DNA of 64,000 nt from an uncultured Rivularia sp. (GCA_963665115.1 OY762007.1:1600001-1664000); one strand, 5' to 3'; positions 24,054 through 37,513 are shown, counted from the stretch's first letter. Program-made: numbers and translations. Notes: generated from the letters alone by a model not told the origin.

Positions 24054-25819
24054 TTAAAGTAATCGACTAATTATGTTTGCTAAATATAAAAAAATAGATG
24101 TATAAATCAGAGTTAAAAACAGATATATGTTCAAATGTGAATTGGCAATCCGCATGAACAATCGAGAAAAATTATGTCTTGCTTCAAAAGTTTCATAATT
24201 ACAATGAAGATTAAATAAAGAAATAGAAGCTTGCCGAAAAGCTATATGGTAATGATAAAATATACGAAGCATTATAATTAATGCTAAGGCGCTAAATCCA
24301 TAACCAAGAAACATAAAATCTTTAGCCTTATTAGAAAGAACTATTACTCCCAAGTTGTTCTCAAACAGCGTGATAATACAAATAGATAGAAGTAGTAGAG
24401 CGTACCGACTAATCAAAGTTATAAAATCAGTTGAAAACTTCGTAAATTCTCTATCTATAAATTATTCAATACTGTTATTATTATATTCTGAGGCTGTGTT
24501 GATTCCTTCTAAAGAACTTAGCTTTTCAATTAAATAATTTGTCCGGAATGAGCTTTTACTCAAATCTTTAAAGGCACTGTAAGAACTTACTGCGACCCAT
24601 GAAAGAGCTAATACATTATAATTTATAAGCGTGTAAGGTAGATATACAATATAGGGAATAAAGCAAGTTCTGAATATATTAGTACTGACAGCATACTCTT
24701 TTTGTAGGGATGAAGGAGCTAATTGTAGATGATAGTAGATTGATAAAATAAAAACTATTACACCAACAAATAAAAAAGTTCTTCTCCAACGCCTTACGAT
24801 AATTTGTTTGCTTCTAAAAAGTTCATATGCTTCTTTTCTCCATACAATACCAATGAAATAAAATGCTCCAAGCGCAAGAATTAACGTGCGTACTAATTCA
24901 ATTATTTCTCCAGGAAAATTTTGACTAAATGCCTGCAACCAAACCCAACTTGTGAACCAACGATATGCTGCCCACAACGAGAGGAAGCTAATTATTATAA
25001 TAGCTATACAAATCCATATGATATTAGTTACTTCCTTAAGTTCTGGCGATATGATGGTTACATCTTCAGGTTGACCGGATTCTTGTAAAAGTTGCCAGAC
25101 TTCTTCCAATTTATATTCAACCCATTCCAAATTAAAAATTTCTTGATATATTCGGTTGCTAACTTTTAATTTATTGTTTTCTTTCAATATTAGTCCTGAT
25201 AGTAATAATTCTACTTCATAAGCATCATTTCTAACCTTGTCCCCCCGTTTATTTATAATGGCTTTATACCTTTCTAAAATAGCGATTGTCCGTTTATTAC
25301 GATTGAAAATTCGGACAATGACTGCTCGTAAATGAGGCGGGTTATCTTTAGATTCCCAATCCTGAATAATATTTTTCTCAACAATTCCATCTACTGTATC
25401 TGTATTTTGTTTAATATTACTAACTACCAAATGACAAATTTTTTGTGTTAAAAACGGTTGACCTTCTGTCCAGGCTATAATTTCAGCTAAGGTTTGTTCT
25501 GGGTTTGTAACTTTTTCTTTTAGTCCATAAAGAAGAGAATGCTTTGCTTCCTGAAGTTTGAATCCGCTTAAATTAATAGCTGTTCCAATATTGAAGGGAG
25601 AGCATCTGTTATCTTCGATAAGGTCAGTAGGAGAAGCAACTCCAAGTAAACAGAAAGTTAAGCGTTTGTATCTTGGGTCATCAACACGCTGATTGTAGCA
25701 AGAGCGAATAAGCGAAAAGAAATCGTCCGTTTCAAATGTTAATCTCAGAACCGCATCAATTTCGTCAAAAAAAATAACAATATTTTGGTTTCCTAAATTT
25801 AAAATAACTTCATCAATTA
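24054..25819 (-). pseudogene. AAA_35-like ATPase with C-terminal multi-TM domain; N-terminus removed by ISL3, internal stop at 24462
   Basis: IFFDEID, LLGVASP, PFNIG, TEGQPFLTQ, NRIY motifs; ORF 24054-24416 is in the same frame. Confidence 0.8.
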
Positions 25820-27410
25820 GGTTCTTCAACACTTAGTATGCTAAAAATACATTAAAAAAAGTGAAAGTAAAGATTAAATAGCGCAAATTGACTCGTTAGA
25901 GCGGCGAATTGAACTACCGCTCCGCTTGATTCAATTGCGTTGAGACGGGCTTAAAATCAACTCGTAAAAACCCTAAATACTCATAGCCCGCCTCAACGCC
26001 GCTACGCTAATCGAATCATAGTTCAATTCTTAAATATAAATAAGTATATCAAATAATTACTAAAAATAAAAAAACAACTGGCTTCGTGTTACTAGTTATA
26101 AAATAGATTTATAAAACCTGGTATATCTTACTATAATGACTTCAAAAAAAGATATTAAAATATTAACACAACTACTGGATTTGTCAGGAATAAAAGTTAT
26201 CTCACATCATCAATACAAAGGTGTTGGAATAATATTACAAATCGAATCAATTAATAATGAGAGTATCTGTCCCCGTTGTGGAAAAAAAAGTCATCATTTA
26301 CATCAAAATCATAAATCTATAATTAAAGATTTACCTCTAGGAGAGCAACAAGTTTTTCTAGAAATAAATAAACGACAGTTTAAATGTCAAAAATGCCAAA
26401 AACCTTTTACAGAAGACTTATATTTTGTAGAAACAAGAAGAAAATATACCAAAAGGCTTAGCAATAAAGTAATAAAAGAAGTATTAGATTCAGATATTAA
26501 TAGTGTTGCAGAAAAGGGTATTGTTACTACTAGAGAAATAGAAAGAATGCTCAAAGATGCTTCAAATAATGCAATAATTAGAAAGCCTTCATATTTAAAA
26601 AGACTTGGTATTGATGAAATAGCTTTAGTTAAAGGTAAAGGAAATTACTGTGCTGTATTGGTAGATTTAGATAAGTCTGAATTAATTACAATTTTACCCC
26701 GAAGTTCACAAGAAATAATCAGAAAAGTACTTAATTCATGGGGAAAAGAAATTTTAGACCAAGTAGAGGAAGTAAGTATAGACTTATGGCGAGGTTATAA
26801 AAATATAGTTCATGAACTAATGCCAAATGCACAAGTTGTTGCAGATAGATTTCATGTAATGACACAAATAAATCAAGAATTAGATAAGACTAGAAAATTA
26901 GAAAAACGAAAATTAGAAGATTTAATCAAAAAATCTAAATCTAAATCTGATAAAGATGAATATGAAAAAATTCTAAATGGATTGAAAAAAAGTAAATATG
27001 CTTTACTAAAGAATGAATTAAATCTAAATGAAGAACAGAAGACAAAACTTGCTGAAGTTAAACAAGTATCTTCAAACCTAAAAATAATGCATGAACGGTC
27101 ATGAGAACATCAGAATTATTTTTAACGATACATATGATTGGTTAGCAGGACTCTTTAAACTTGGTATGTGGCTAGATCAAGCGAAAACATACTTTCCAGT
27201 TAGTCAGAAAACTATTATTCGGTGAATTGATGAAATTATCGCCTACTTTGATAATGGTACAACTAGTGGTGTAGTTGAGGGCATTAATAATAAATTGAAA
27301 CTTATTAAACGCTCGGGTTATGGATTTAGAAACTTTGATAATTTCAGAACTAGATGTTTACTTAATTGGCATTTAAAATGTTAGTTAAGCATACTAAGTG
27401 TTGAAGAACC
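25820..27410 (+). mobile_element. ISL3-family insertion sequence
   Basis: Inverted repeats ggttcttcaacacttagtatgct / agcatactaagtgttgaagaacc; no matching target duplication. Confidence 0.9.
26136..27384 (+). pseudogene. ISL3 transposase (frameshift near 27100, stop near 27223)
   Basis: CPRCG zinc finger, LGIDE, SIDLW, DRFHV, EGINNKLKLIKR.GYGFRNF. Confidence 0.9.
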
Positions 27411-27807
27411 ATAACTTTTTATTTACGAAATATAAATAGTATACGGATATTCAACTAAGAATAATAAGTTTTTATCATGAATTTAACACCAAAACTTATT
27501 GCTTCTTATTGAGAATCGAAATTCTATGTAAAGCAGGTAAAGAATACGACTACTTAAATGTAGTTAGTCTGTTTTTATTCTTTACACATAAAAAATACTC
27601 AGTGAAAACCCTTTTGTGACAGTTTGGGTGCGGAATGTGGGTTTTAAGTAAATACTGTCAGCAAAGAATAGTGGGGTCTTTAAGAAAGCTAAATCCACGT
27701 ATGCCTAACGGCACGCTCCGCTAACGCAGGATTGCTGTGCTTTATATTTATAAATCATAGAGGTATTATCAAGTTCAGTTTCTTCTAAGATATTCGTCGC
27801 AATATTT

Positions 27808-28636
27808 ATGGTTAGTATCATTTGGGATAAAAGAGCGTTTCCAATCTATTTTACATTGCTACCAAAGTTGGGTAGTAGTAATTTAACAGAACAGCAAAGT
27901 GCTATTACAAAAATTATTCCTCTTTTTAAAGAATATAAAATATGCGTGTTGGGGGACAGAGAATTTTGCTCTGTTAAGTTAGCAAAATATCTCCAGGACT
28001 TGGGTGTGTATTTTTGTTTGCGTTTAAAAAAGAATGAATTTGTTGAATATCAAAAAAATATTTGGGTTGAATTAAATGATTTAGGATTAGTTCCCGGAGT
28101 CTCGTTTTTTCTCAAAGGAGTTAAGCTTACAAAGACTCGTGGTTTTTTTAGTTTTAATATTGCTGGTAAATGGAAACGTAAAATAAACGGAATAGCTCCG
28201 AAAGAAGGATGGTTTATTTTGACAAATTTTGATAGTTTAGAGTTCGCAATTTTAGCTTATAAAAAAAGATTTTATATTGAGGAAATGTTTAGAGATTTTA
28301 AGAAAGGTGGTTATAATTTAGAAGACACGAATGTAAAAGGTGAACGCTTTATAACTCTAGTTTTATTAATAGCAATTGCTTATACTAGCGCAACTATTCA
28401 AGGTCAGAAAATTAAACGTAAAGGAGTACAAAAATATGTAGCTCGTGTAAAAGAATATCCTCGTTTGGAGCGAAGACATAGCAGTTTTTATGTTGGTTTA
28501 TACGGTCAAAGTTGGGTTACTTTCAAGGATGATTGCATAGAATTAGTAATCAAATTAATGAAACGGTTGGCGCAACAAGCAAAAGTATTATAAAAAAGGT
28601 ATAAGGGCTATGACGCTTATAGAGTCTACATTTTAA
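27808..28636 (+). pseudogene. IS4-family transposase, 5'-truncated
   Basis: LGDREF, WFILTN, YKKRFYIEEMFRDFKKGG (YREK) motifs. Confidence 0.85.
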
Positions 28637-28653
28637 CTAATTTCGTCGCCCCT

Positions 28654-29268
28654 TCAGGCAGGGTTGTCAATACTTTCTTGAAGTACTTTTTTTAGATTTT
28701 TTGAGTAGCTTCTTAAACCGTATAGCCGACAAGAAAAGCAATGAACTATAGACATTAAATCATTACAAAGTTCGGACTCAGGGGATAGCTGTGTTTGGTT
28801 AGCCACAATAATCTGGCAATCCGAGTAATTAGCTAACTGTTCTACAAAATCAAAAGCAAATCTACACAGTCTATCTTTGTGAGCAACAACTATTACCTCG
28901 ATATCCCCTTTGAGCATCGCTATTATGATTTCAATGAATTTCTTTCTTTTAAAATCAAGCCCTCCACCTATTTCTGAAATAGTTTCTGATACTGAATATC
29001 CACAAATATTTGCGAATTCCTGCATCGCTTTTACCTGATTTTTCAATTCAGGTCTTTGGTTGCTTGAGGACACTCGACAATAAACAATAACCTTTCTTAC
29101 TTGAGGTCTAGGTTTTTCGCCTAAAGCAATCCTTAAATCTTCATCTGTATAATATCTGTAATTAGATGGAGTTCTTTTAGCCGGTAACTTTCCGTGATTG
29201 TCCCACCGTTGCAGGGTTTTGACCGACACACCTACTATTTTAGCGAATTCGTGAGGCTTGTAATTCAT
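28654..29268 (-). CDS. IS607-family serine transposase (TnpA); partner tnpB absent
   Basis: MerR-like HTH, YCRVSS, HKDRLCRF, FSCRLYGLRSY; gttgtcta direct repeats upstream. Confidence 0.92.
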   Translation of the reverse strand: MNYKPHEFAKIVGVSVKTLQRWDNHGKLPAKRTPSNYRYYTDEDLRIALGEKPRPQVRKVIVYCRVSSSNQRPELKNQVKAMQEFANICGYSVSETISEIGGGLDFKRKKFIEIIIAMLKGDIEVIVVAHKDRLCRFAFDFVEQLANYSDCQIIVANQTQLSPESELCNDLMSIVHCFSCRLYGLRSYSKNLKKVLQESIDNPA

Positions 29269-30372
29269 TAAAACAACCTAGTAATAGTTGTCTAGCAGTG
29301 TACTAAGTTGTCTACATAATTGACAACAAAGTCAATATCTCAAAAAGTCGTAGCCTTCCACATAAGCTTTTATGCAATGATTCCCCAAGTCAACGACACT
29401 TTTAAATAATTTACGGTTTTTACCAGGAATTTTGGTCTGGGTACAATTGGGTACACTTTCGGTTCTCATCGCCTCAAACCTTGATTATAATGTTACTTTT
29501 AAAATCTTACATGAGATGTACCCAATAGGGTACTTATGGGTACAAAAATTATCATATAGATATTTTAGTCATAGATTATAATTACCATATAATTAACATT
29601 AATTACTGTGGATTTTTATACACATAAACACCTGATTGAGAGGGGTCATTTACTAACAAAAAAATAAATCAAATATGGCTATTTACTAATAGTAATTACC
29701 GTCAAAATAGATTGATTCATTAAGCAATATTTATTTTGAATCATTACAAATACATCCGTCTTTACATAATTTTAAATTTACACAAAAACGGCTATATTGC
29801 TTTTATGGCAATAAACTTAGAGATTTAATCCTCAACCAAACCAACAAAAAATCTGGCTTATAAGACAGTTGAAGTAATATTTTTACTCTATTTTGAGCTT
29901 GTTACTATTAGTTAATCTTGTAGAGTCTAATCTGAAGGAAAATGTTTACAGTCTTGACATTTGTATTGTTGCATACCCTTGTTTCGATACTCCTGAATAT
30001 GTTGCGATGACAGCAATGTATGCACTTAAAACGGGTTTATTAATTTCTACATTTGGGGTATAATTAATATTATAAATAACTACTATTTAAGTATTTGTAT
30101 TCATTGAATTCAAAAGGTGCCGTCAGCTTTCTCACCTTTTACATCTTGCAAACTCTCGATTAATATCCAAAATCCATTCATTATAAATTTTATAGGTTGT
30201 CCGCCAGGATATATGTAAAACAGGACTAGTTACAAACTTTTGTTAATATGCTTGCAATAATGTGAGCTATGTAGATTAAAAAACCGTCGATGGGAACATT
30301 CGTGACAAGTTTAGCTGGTTGTTAACTTGGTTGTAGAAGATTCAAATTTAATAATCCATATTTACTGTATTC

Positions 30373-30660
30373 ATGGGCTTTTACATTTTTCGTGCGCTCT
30401 TTCGGGCATTCCCAATCGATGTGCTTCTCACAATCTACTATATAAACGGAGGTTTAAAAACAATTGGTGCATTTATTCCGGTGCCTCTATATTTTATTAA
30501 TGCTTTCATTTGGGCAATTATCCTTAACGCAAGTGATTCAAAATTTAGCGGACAAGGCGCACTAGGCTTAGTTTTAATGGTGTCTATTGGTATAGCTTTC
30601 TCTATCTTTCGCTTAGTTATAGGATTAATATCACTGGTCATTAAAAATAATAGAAACTAG
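30373..30660 (+). CDS. Small membrane protein
   Basis: 95 aa with 2-3 hydrophobic segments. Confidence 0.5.
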   Translation: MGFYIFRALFRAFPIDVLLTIYYINGGLKTIGAFIPVPLYFINAFIWAIILNASDSKFSGQGALGLVLMVSIGIAFSIFRLVIGLISLVIKNNRN

Positions 30661-30784
30661 ATACAATAAGGGTTTATAGACCATATTGCGAGAAATTAAA
30701 TGCATTTTGGTTCAATGCCTATTGAAGTGTTGCTCCGAAAGCTTTATACAACAACTGGCATCTCACCCATTGCCGTCTCCTATT

Positions 30785-31784
30785 TCAATTGTTACATTGC
30801 CGTTTAAAAGAAGGCGGACTAAAAGAAAAATTAACTTCTCCGGCTTTACGAATACGTCTGAATGCATACTCGCCGCTCGACAGCGCTATTTCTTTTTTAA
30901 GAATCGGATTATCTAAGCTAGCTTGACCTTTGTAAGCAAGAACTAGGTACATTATTACAGCAGCTTCGCCTCGACTAAGTGACGCTTCGGGGTAAAATTC
31001 AAGTGGCCAGTCAAATGCTACTAAATTAGCCAGCAATGCACCGTGGAGCGGTTTTGCAAACCATTCATTTTTCATCACACTACCATTTATAAAATAATCA
31101 GTTCCGACGATTGATGGTTTTTCCCCGCTTTGCTTCTTGCGCTTATCAATCTGTGCTACTAGGTTTAAACCACCATTTAATGATGCGACAGCTTCGGTAT
31201 AAGTCAATGGTTGATTGGGTCGGAAAGTACCATTTTTATAGCCGGATATCATTCCAGTTCTCCAGGCATGAAAGGTAGCTTGATAGTACCCAAAAAGTTC
31301 TGGTGGGTTGGAACTTTCAGTTGCTGGTACATCGGAAAACGGACAGCGCCAAGAAGGAATATCAGGACATCTCGGAACATTAGCGACTTGCTTTCCTGGT
31401 GCCGAGGGACGGTTTTTCAAATCGAGTATGTTCTCGGACATAGCAACCCACTCCCCTCGTGTAATTGGGCATCCCGGTCGAAAATTCTTTTCCCTATCTT
31501 TTAAATAAGAAATAGAACGTGGATTATTTCCAGCCATCCAGTTGATTACATGGCGGCAGAGAGTGATTCGCAATATCATTAAAGGTATCGGGCTTATAAT
31601 TAGTTTCTCCTGTATCTTCTACAGGCTCATTCGCATACATGTGAGGTATGGGATGCAGCCATAGCATCAAACTCAAGACCGTCAACACAGAATTCATTGC
31701 CAATAAATAATTCGACATTTTTACAATGTAGTGGTAATTTTTTGTGCTTTTATAAAAACTTTTTAGCAAAATAAAATTTATCAC
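30785..31784 (-). pseudogene. S-layer homology (SLH) domain protein, frameshifted near 31560
   Basis: FNDIANH, FRPGCPITRGE, FSDVP, GMISGYKNGTFRPNQPLT, LSRGEAA SLH motifs. Confidence 0.75.
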
Positions 31785-31868
31785 TCAAACCAGTTGTATT
31801 ACACCACATCAAACGGTAAAATATGGCTTTATTACAAGCAATATTTATACAACTGCGATATATAACTC

Positions 31869-32403
31869 GTGATCAAAACCCGCATTATCGCCTTATTTAA
31901 TCAAAGTGGGGGGTGGGGAAGACAAGTTTAACAATGAACTTAGGCTACCACCTAGCTAAAAAAAAGAATCGCGTCTTACTTATAGATATGGACCCGCAAG
32001 CATCTTTAACGATGTTTATGGGTTTGGAACCGGAAAATATTACCCAAACCATATACGAAGCGGTAGTGAGAGAAGAAGATTTACCCGTGTATCCGAAACC
32101 GATTCACGGTATGTCTTTTACTCCAGCTAACATTAATCTCAGTGCTGCCGAACTCGAACTAGTTGCAGCACTCATGCGCGAGATGCGACTGAAAAATGCA
32201 CTTGCCCCCATACTCGATAATTACGATTACATTCTTATCCACTGTCCCACATCCCTGGGTATATTGAGCGTTGTTAGCTTAGTCGCAGCTACTCACATAT
32301 TAGTCCCAATTTAGTGCCAGTTCAAATCATTTCAAGGAACCAATTTATTACTCAAAACTGTTGCTCGTTTGCGAAAAGGTGCAAATCGTTCTTTGGCGAT
32401 CGC
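31869..32403 (+). pseudogene. parA: ParA-family ATPase remnant
   Basis: NQSGGVGKT Walker A (frameshifted), IDMDPQASLT; stop at 32312; homology ends at a HIP1 site. Confidence 0.85.
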
Positions 32404-32469
32404 ATCTGAGTAAAATGTCACATAAGATACAATCACCATCACAGAAGATGTGACTGTTGTAATTCAACA

Positions 32470-34167
32470 TCAAGATGAACAACTATAGTGCGACACGCCA
32501 CCAACGTCTCTTAACGCGCTAGGTCTTAGACGATAGTATTTATCTTCTACGTCTTGTGATTGCTCATCATATGGATAGCTCAGTACTTCTTGCAACTCTT
32601 TAACTAACGTGTAGTCACCCTGCATAGCTTGTTGATAGGCAGGGATAATCAACCACTCTCGCCATGTGTATTTTGGATTAGTCTGTTTCATCGAAGTTGA
32701 TAACGAGGCCAAGTTACCGTCGGGCAGGAGGCCGCGCCAGCTTTTTAGCCAAGATTGCCATTGTTCATCTTGTTGTGACGTTTTACCAATTAAGCTCTTT
32801 TTCAAAGCTGAGACATCGCCTGGTATGTGGGATAACTCGCGGAAGAAAATGGTGTAATCCACATCCTCCTGTGTCATTAGCTGCATTAATTTCTTAAATA
32901 GCTCTGGGTTAAATTCAGTTAAGCCAAGTTTGGTCGCCCACATTTTTTGGACTTGTTTTTGCATGGCTTCTGAAAAGCCACGACCTAATTGGTCGAACTG
33001 TTCTAAAGCTCCAGCATCTTCTTCCAGTAACGGTCTCACAGCTTTCCAAAACATATAATAATTCGCTTCTGCTGCTCCTGGCTGATTGAAGAATGAAAAC
33101 TTTTTGCCGCCGCCAGTCCAAGGTTGAAACCAAGGGTCAAAAATTTCACAAAACCCAAATGGTCCATAGTCGAGGGTAAAGCCACCAGCGGCGCAGTTGT
33201 CACTATTAAAATTACCCTGGCAATAACCAACACGTAGCCAATTGGCCACCAGTGAAGTAAGACGCTGGCGAAATAGCTTAGCCAACTCAACCAATTGATC
33301 TGCAAAACCAAGGTTTTGATTAATGTCGCTTTTGTATTCTCGCTCAATTAAATGCAACACAAGAGTGCTCAGTTCTTCTAATGCTTTTGGATGAGCATTG
33401 CTGCGAGCGCGGCGGGCAAATAACTCTAGCTGACCAACGCGCAAAAAGGATGGTGCAACGCGAGTTGAAATGGCCACAGGATTGTCCACCAAAATATCAG
33501 GGTCAAGGTCATGGGAGTCTTGAGAATACCAAGGCCGGGTAACGGTTTCAGAAAATGAAACATACAGTGTCAAAGAGCGCGATGTTGGAACACCTAAAGC
33601 CTGCATATATTCTTGTGCTAGAAACTCACGAACACTTGAACGTAGTACTGCGCGCCCGTCGGCACCACGGCAATAAGGCGTTGGACCACCACCTTTCAAT
33701 TGCATTTCCCAGCGCTGACCATTGATTATTCCTTCAAATATAGATATCGCCCGACCATCGCCATAACCATTACCCGTACCGAATGGACATTGTTGGGTAT
33801 ATTCGGTGCCATAAATTGACAGTGCATAACCCGTCGCCCAGCCAACCTGGCGCATAGGCTCATACGCAGCAGAGATATCACCAGAAAAACAGGAGCGAAA
33901 TTTTTCATTAAGCGCCAGCTCCGAGCTCAACCCAAGTTCCTTAAAAAAAGTACTGCTATGGGCTACATATTCTGGTTCTGCAAGCGGTGTGGGTGTCACA
34001 GGTACAAAATGACCAGAAAAAACCTGGCGGGCACGGTGATCATCACCATCGACCGTGGCATCAGGATCGGCATTTAAGGTGTCCATCAGAGAATAATCCG
34101 CCAATTGCACAAACTCATCGAAGGTTGTTACGTAGGGCTCAACAGATGGTTTAGATGGATATGACAT
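32470..34167 (-). CDS. selO: Protein adenylyltransferase SelO (YdiU family)
   Basis: [45 protein letters not shown]-terminal SCSS; start placed at MSYP (ORF opens at 34233). Confidence 0.9.
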   Translation of the reverse strand: MSYPSKPSVEPYVTTFDEFVQLADYSLMDTLNADPDATVDGDDHRARQVFSGHFVPVTPTPLAEPEYVAHSSTFFKELGLSSELALNEKFRSCFSGDISAAYEPMRQVGWATGYALSIYGTEYTQQCPFGTGNGYGDGRAISIFEGIINGQRWEMQLKGGGPTPYCRGADGRAVLRSSVREFLAQEYMQALGVPTSRSLTLYVSFSETVTRPWYSQDSHDLDPDILVDNPVAISTRVAPSFLRVGQLELFARRARSNAHPKALEELSTLVLHLIEREYKSDINQNLGFADQLVELAKLFRQRLTSLVANWLRVGYCQGNFNSDNCAAGGFTLDYGPFGFCEIFDPWFQPWTGGGKKFSFFNQPGAAEANYYMFWKAVRPLLEEDAGALEQFDQLGRGFSEAMQKQVQKMWATKLGLTEFNPELFKKLMQLMTQEDVDYTIFFRELSHIPGDVSALKKSLIGKTSQQDEQWQSWLKSWRGLLPDGNLASLSTSMKQTNPKYTWREWLIIPAYQQAMQGDYTLVKELQEVLSYPYDEQSQDVEDKYYRLRPSALRDVGGVSHYSCSS

Positions 34168-34235
34168 TGTTAAGTGCGCCCGTATTTTCGGGAAAGATTC
34201 ATGTTTAATTGAAGACTTTCTAAAGACTAGCATAA

Positions 34236-35145
34236 TGAACTACCCCGCCGTTAGACGGATGGGATTTCTAACTTCCTCATCTGTCTTATTGGACTTACCG
34301 GATTTTGAACGCTTCGCCTGTTGCAGTTGCTTGAAAGACCCCGTGTTTTTACGAGTCTTATAAGTAGAGCTACGAACATTCACGTCTACGAGGGCTATTC
34401 CATCCCCCGGTTGCCTAGACAACGCTGTCTGATACATCACTAAGGCAGAGTCTTTATCACGCTCAATTTCGAACCCGCAAGAGTCACAGACATTCAGGAC
34501 GGTTCGAGAAATCCGCCCAATATTTATGAACTTTGCCGCAATTCGGACACCTTTGTGATGGCTTCAATTTCTTAGTATTTAATACCAGGAGTAAACCGCC
34601 TTTAGCCTCAATTTTGTAACTTATCATTTCCTAACCGTGCCGACATTCCGACATCTAAAACAGATTTGTTGAGTCCGGCTTTTTGTCTTTTACGTTTACT
34701 ACCTTTTTTGGCTTTACGAGTTATATTCTTGACTTTTAACTCTTCAGTAACTCCGATGTCATAGCGACTTGCAATATCTGAAGTTATCTGATGCTGCCAA
34801 TTTTTACGTTGATTACCTACTTTACGTTGGAGTTTAGATACTTGTTTATTTGCTTTTTTCCAACGTTTAGAAGGTATATATTATACATCATAATGATGTA
34901 TCAATAAAACCAAAAAATAATGAGTACTGATAAAAAAGTGATGATGACATTCAGGATTACCGAAGCGGAAAGATCAATAGTGCAGCAATACTGTGAACTG
35001 ACTGACCGTAATCAAACAGATGTGTTCAGGGAATTTGTTCGTGAACTCGCACAAAGATTGTCAAAAAAGGGGACATCGAATCCCCTTTTTTAACCGCGCA
35101 CACCATCCCCACCGTTTAGACAGGTGGGGAAATGGAGCCGTTTTG
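34236..35145 (-). mobile_element. tnpB: TnpA-less IS200/IS605-group element with degraded tnpB
   Basis: TnpB fragments (VTEELKVKN, KAGLNKSVLD, CPNCG, CDSCG..RDKDSA); right-end hairpin ending GTTCA at 34236; left-end hairpin ccccacc..ggtgggg at 35107-35129 after TTAA. Confidence 0.8.
34920..35093 (+). CDS. CopG/RHH-like small DNA-binding protein (57 aa, below the ORF-track cutoff)
   Basis: MSTDKKVMMTFRITEAERSIVQQYCELTDRNQTDVFREFVR; upstream palindrome atacatca-taa-tgatgtat (34883-34901). Confidence 0.7.
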   Translation: MSTDKKVMMTFRITEAERSIVQQYCELTDRNQTDVFREFVRELAQRLSKKGTSNPLF

Positions 35146-35547
35146 TTAAATGTAGAGCTTTCCAGACTAATCGACTTGGAGCGTAGCCCGCGAAGAGGCA
35201 TATTGGCACGGTGGTTAGCGTATGGTGGAATTTTCCCATAGGGTTCAACTGTTAGCTTTTAATCTGGGTAGCTCTTCGTGGCGCGGATGCTCTTGTACCC
35301 GCTTATATTTTCGCGGAGAGTTGAAATCCAACGAGCGTTATGCAGGACTAAAGTCAAGCTAGTGTGGTAAAGGTAGGAAGGCGATTTTCATAGAGAATAC
35401 GGTAGCGGACTGGGTTGAGAATTCGTCCTCACTAGTACATGGACGGCGTTGTAACCCACATTCCGCACTTCAGGATGTAGTACAATGAAATACGAAATTT
35501 ATCTCCGATATGAATAAATAAAAACACTCAGAATATTTAAGTAAATT

Positions 35548-35779
35548 GGTTCTTCAACACTTAGTATAAAACTCATTAAGTGAAGGCTTCATAGCGGTGA
35601 ATCAACTCGTTGGCGAGGGCGAATTGAACTACCGCTACGCTTGATTCGATTGCGTTGAGACGGGCTTACAATTAACTCATAAAAACCCTAAATAGTCATA
35701 GCCCGCCTTAACGCCGCTTCGCTATATGCCGCTTTCAGCGGCACGCTTCGCTAACGAATCATAGTTCAATTCTTAAATA
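35548..35779 (+). mobile_element. Partial ISL3 left-end copy nested in the IS1634 leader
   Basis: Homologous to 25820-26036, including the gaattgaacta...tagttcaattc internal inverted repeat. Confidence 0.75.
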
Positions 35780-35818
35780 AGAAAATGAGACAATAAAAAA
35801 AATTGTAGAGGTAAAAAA

Positions 35819-37513
35819 GTGTCTCCAACATCAAAAGCAGAAATAAAAAATATCGACCATCTTGGAATAGTAGCTGGATTAATTGATGAAATAGGAATAG
35901 TTGAAACAATTAATTCCAAGTTAAGAATAGACCCTCGCGAGAAGATTTCAGCAGGAATTTTAGTAAAAGCTATTTTAATAAATGGACTAGGATTTGTGTC
36001 AAGACGTGAAGCTCGCCGTGGGGATACTCCCCACGGCAGACTTCACCTTTATATTTATTTAACCAATTTTTTGATGATAAAGGAATAAAAATATTATTAG
36101 GAGAAGATGTAGAAAGTGATTATATTAATGACGATAAGATTGGACGAGTTATGGATAAATTATACAAGTATGGATTAAATAATCTTTTTATAGAAATTGT
36201 ATTATCAGTAATAAAAAAGTTTCAGATAGATATAAAATATTCACATTTAGATGCAACATCATTCCATTTGCATGGGAAATACAACAGTGAAGAGAGTAAG
36301 GATAAATCTTCAGAAATACTTAGAGAAAGACCAATAATAACTAAGGGCTATTCTCGTGACCACAGACCAGACTTAAAACAAGTAGTTTTAGACTTAGTAA
36401 CAAGTGGGGATGGTGATTTACCGTTACTAATGAGGACTGGAGATGGAAATGAAGCAGATAAAGCCGTATTTGGAAAAATATTAGTCGAGTTTAAAAAGCA
36501 AATAGTTTTTGATAGTATTATGGTATGTGATAGTGCATTATATAGTCAAGAAAATATCCAACTAATCCAACATATAAAATGGATAAGTAGAGTTCCAATG
36601 ACTATCAAAAAGGCTAAAGAATTAATTCAGTCTGTAGAGATAGAAGAAGTAGACTCAGAAGAAAGAAAAAAAGAGCAGACTTAAATTTAGATGGATATAG
36701 ATGGAAAGAGGAAATAGTTAATTATGGTGGAATTAAACAAGTTTGGCTAGTAGTAGAAAGTGAAAAAAGGAAAAATAGTGATTTGGAGAAGCTAGAGAAA
36801 AAACTAAAAAAAGAAAGAGAAAAAGTTGAAAAACTTTTAAAAGAGTTAAGAAAAGAAGATTTTGAAACCCCAGAACAAGCTCGCTATAAATTAAAAGGAA
36901 TCAACAAAAAACTGAAGCTATTCGGAATTAAAGAAATTAACATAATGAAAACTAATGCTTCATGTAATAAGACTGTTTACAAAATGGAAGGAGAAAGTTA
37001 TCAAAAAATAGAAGAGATAGATTTACAAAGAAAACAAGCAGGAAGATTTATTTTAGCGACTAATTTAGTTGACGATGATAAATTAAAACCAGAAGAAATT
37101 ATTATAAATTATAAAAATCAACAGTCTTGTGTTAGCGAAGCGTGCCTCGAAGAGGCATGAGAGGATTTAGATTTCTTAAAGACCCTTTATTTTTTGCTGA
37201 TAGTTTCTTTGTTGAAAATCCTGAAAGAATAGAGAGTATGTTGTTTTTAATGTCTTTATGCTTATTAGTTTATAATCTCGGTCAAAGGGAACTGAGAAAT
37301 AATTTAAAAAGAGCCAAAATCGGAATCAAGAATCAACTAAGGAAGTTAACAGATTCTCCTACATTAAGATGGGTTTTTCAATGTTTCCAAGGTATTCATA
37401 TTTTAACCTTAAATGGAATTAATCAAATTGTTAATTTAACTGAAGAACGTAATTTTATCTTGAATTATCTACCGTCATCTTGTCAAAAATACTATTTACT
37501 TACTTGCGGATAA
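35819..37513 (+). pseudogene. IS1634 transposase broken by two mini-insertions and a frameshift
   Basis: DHLGIVAG, HLDATSF, GYSRDHRPDLKQ, CDSALY, GRFILATN, GFRFLKDP. Confidence 0.9.

Noticed and set aside
35150..35454. GC-rich stretch as a possible group II intron or ncRNA
   Set aside because: No GUGYG start, domain V or convincing stems found; left unassigned
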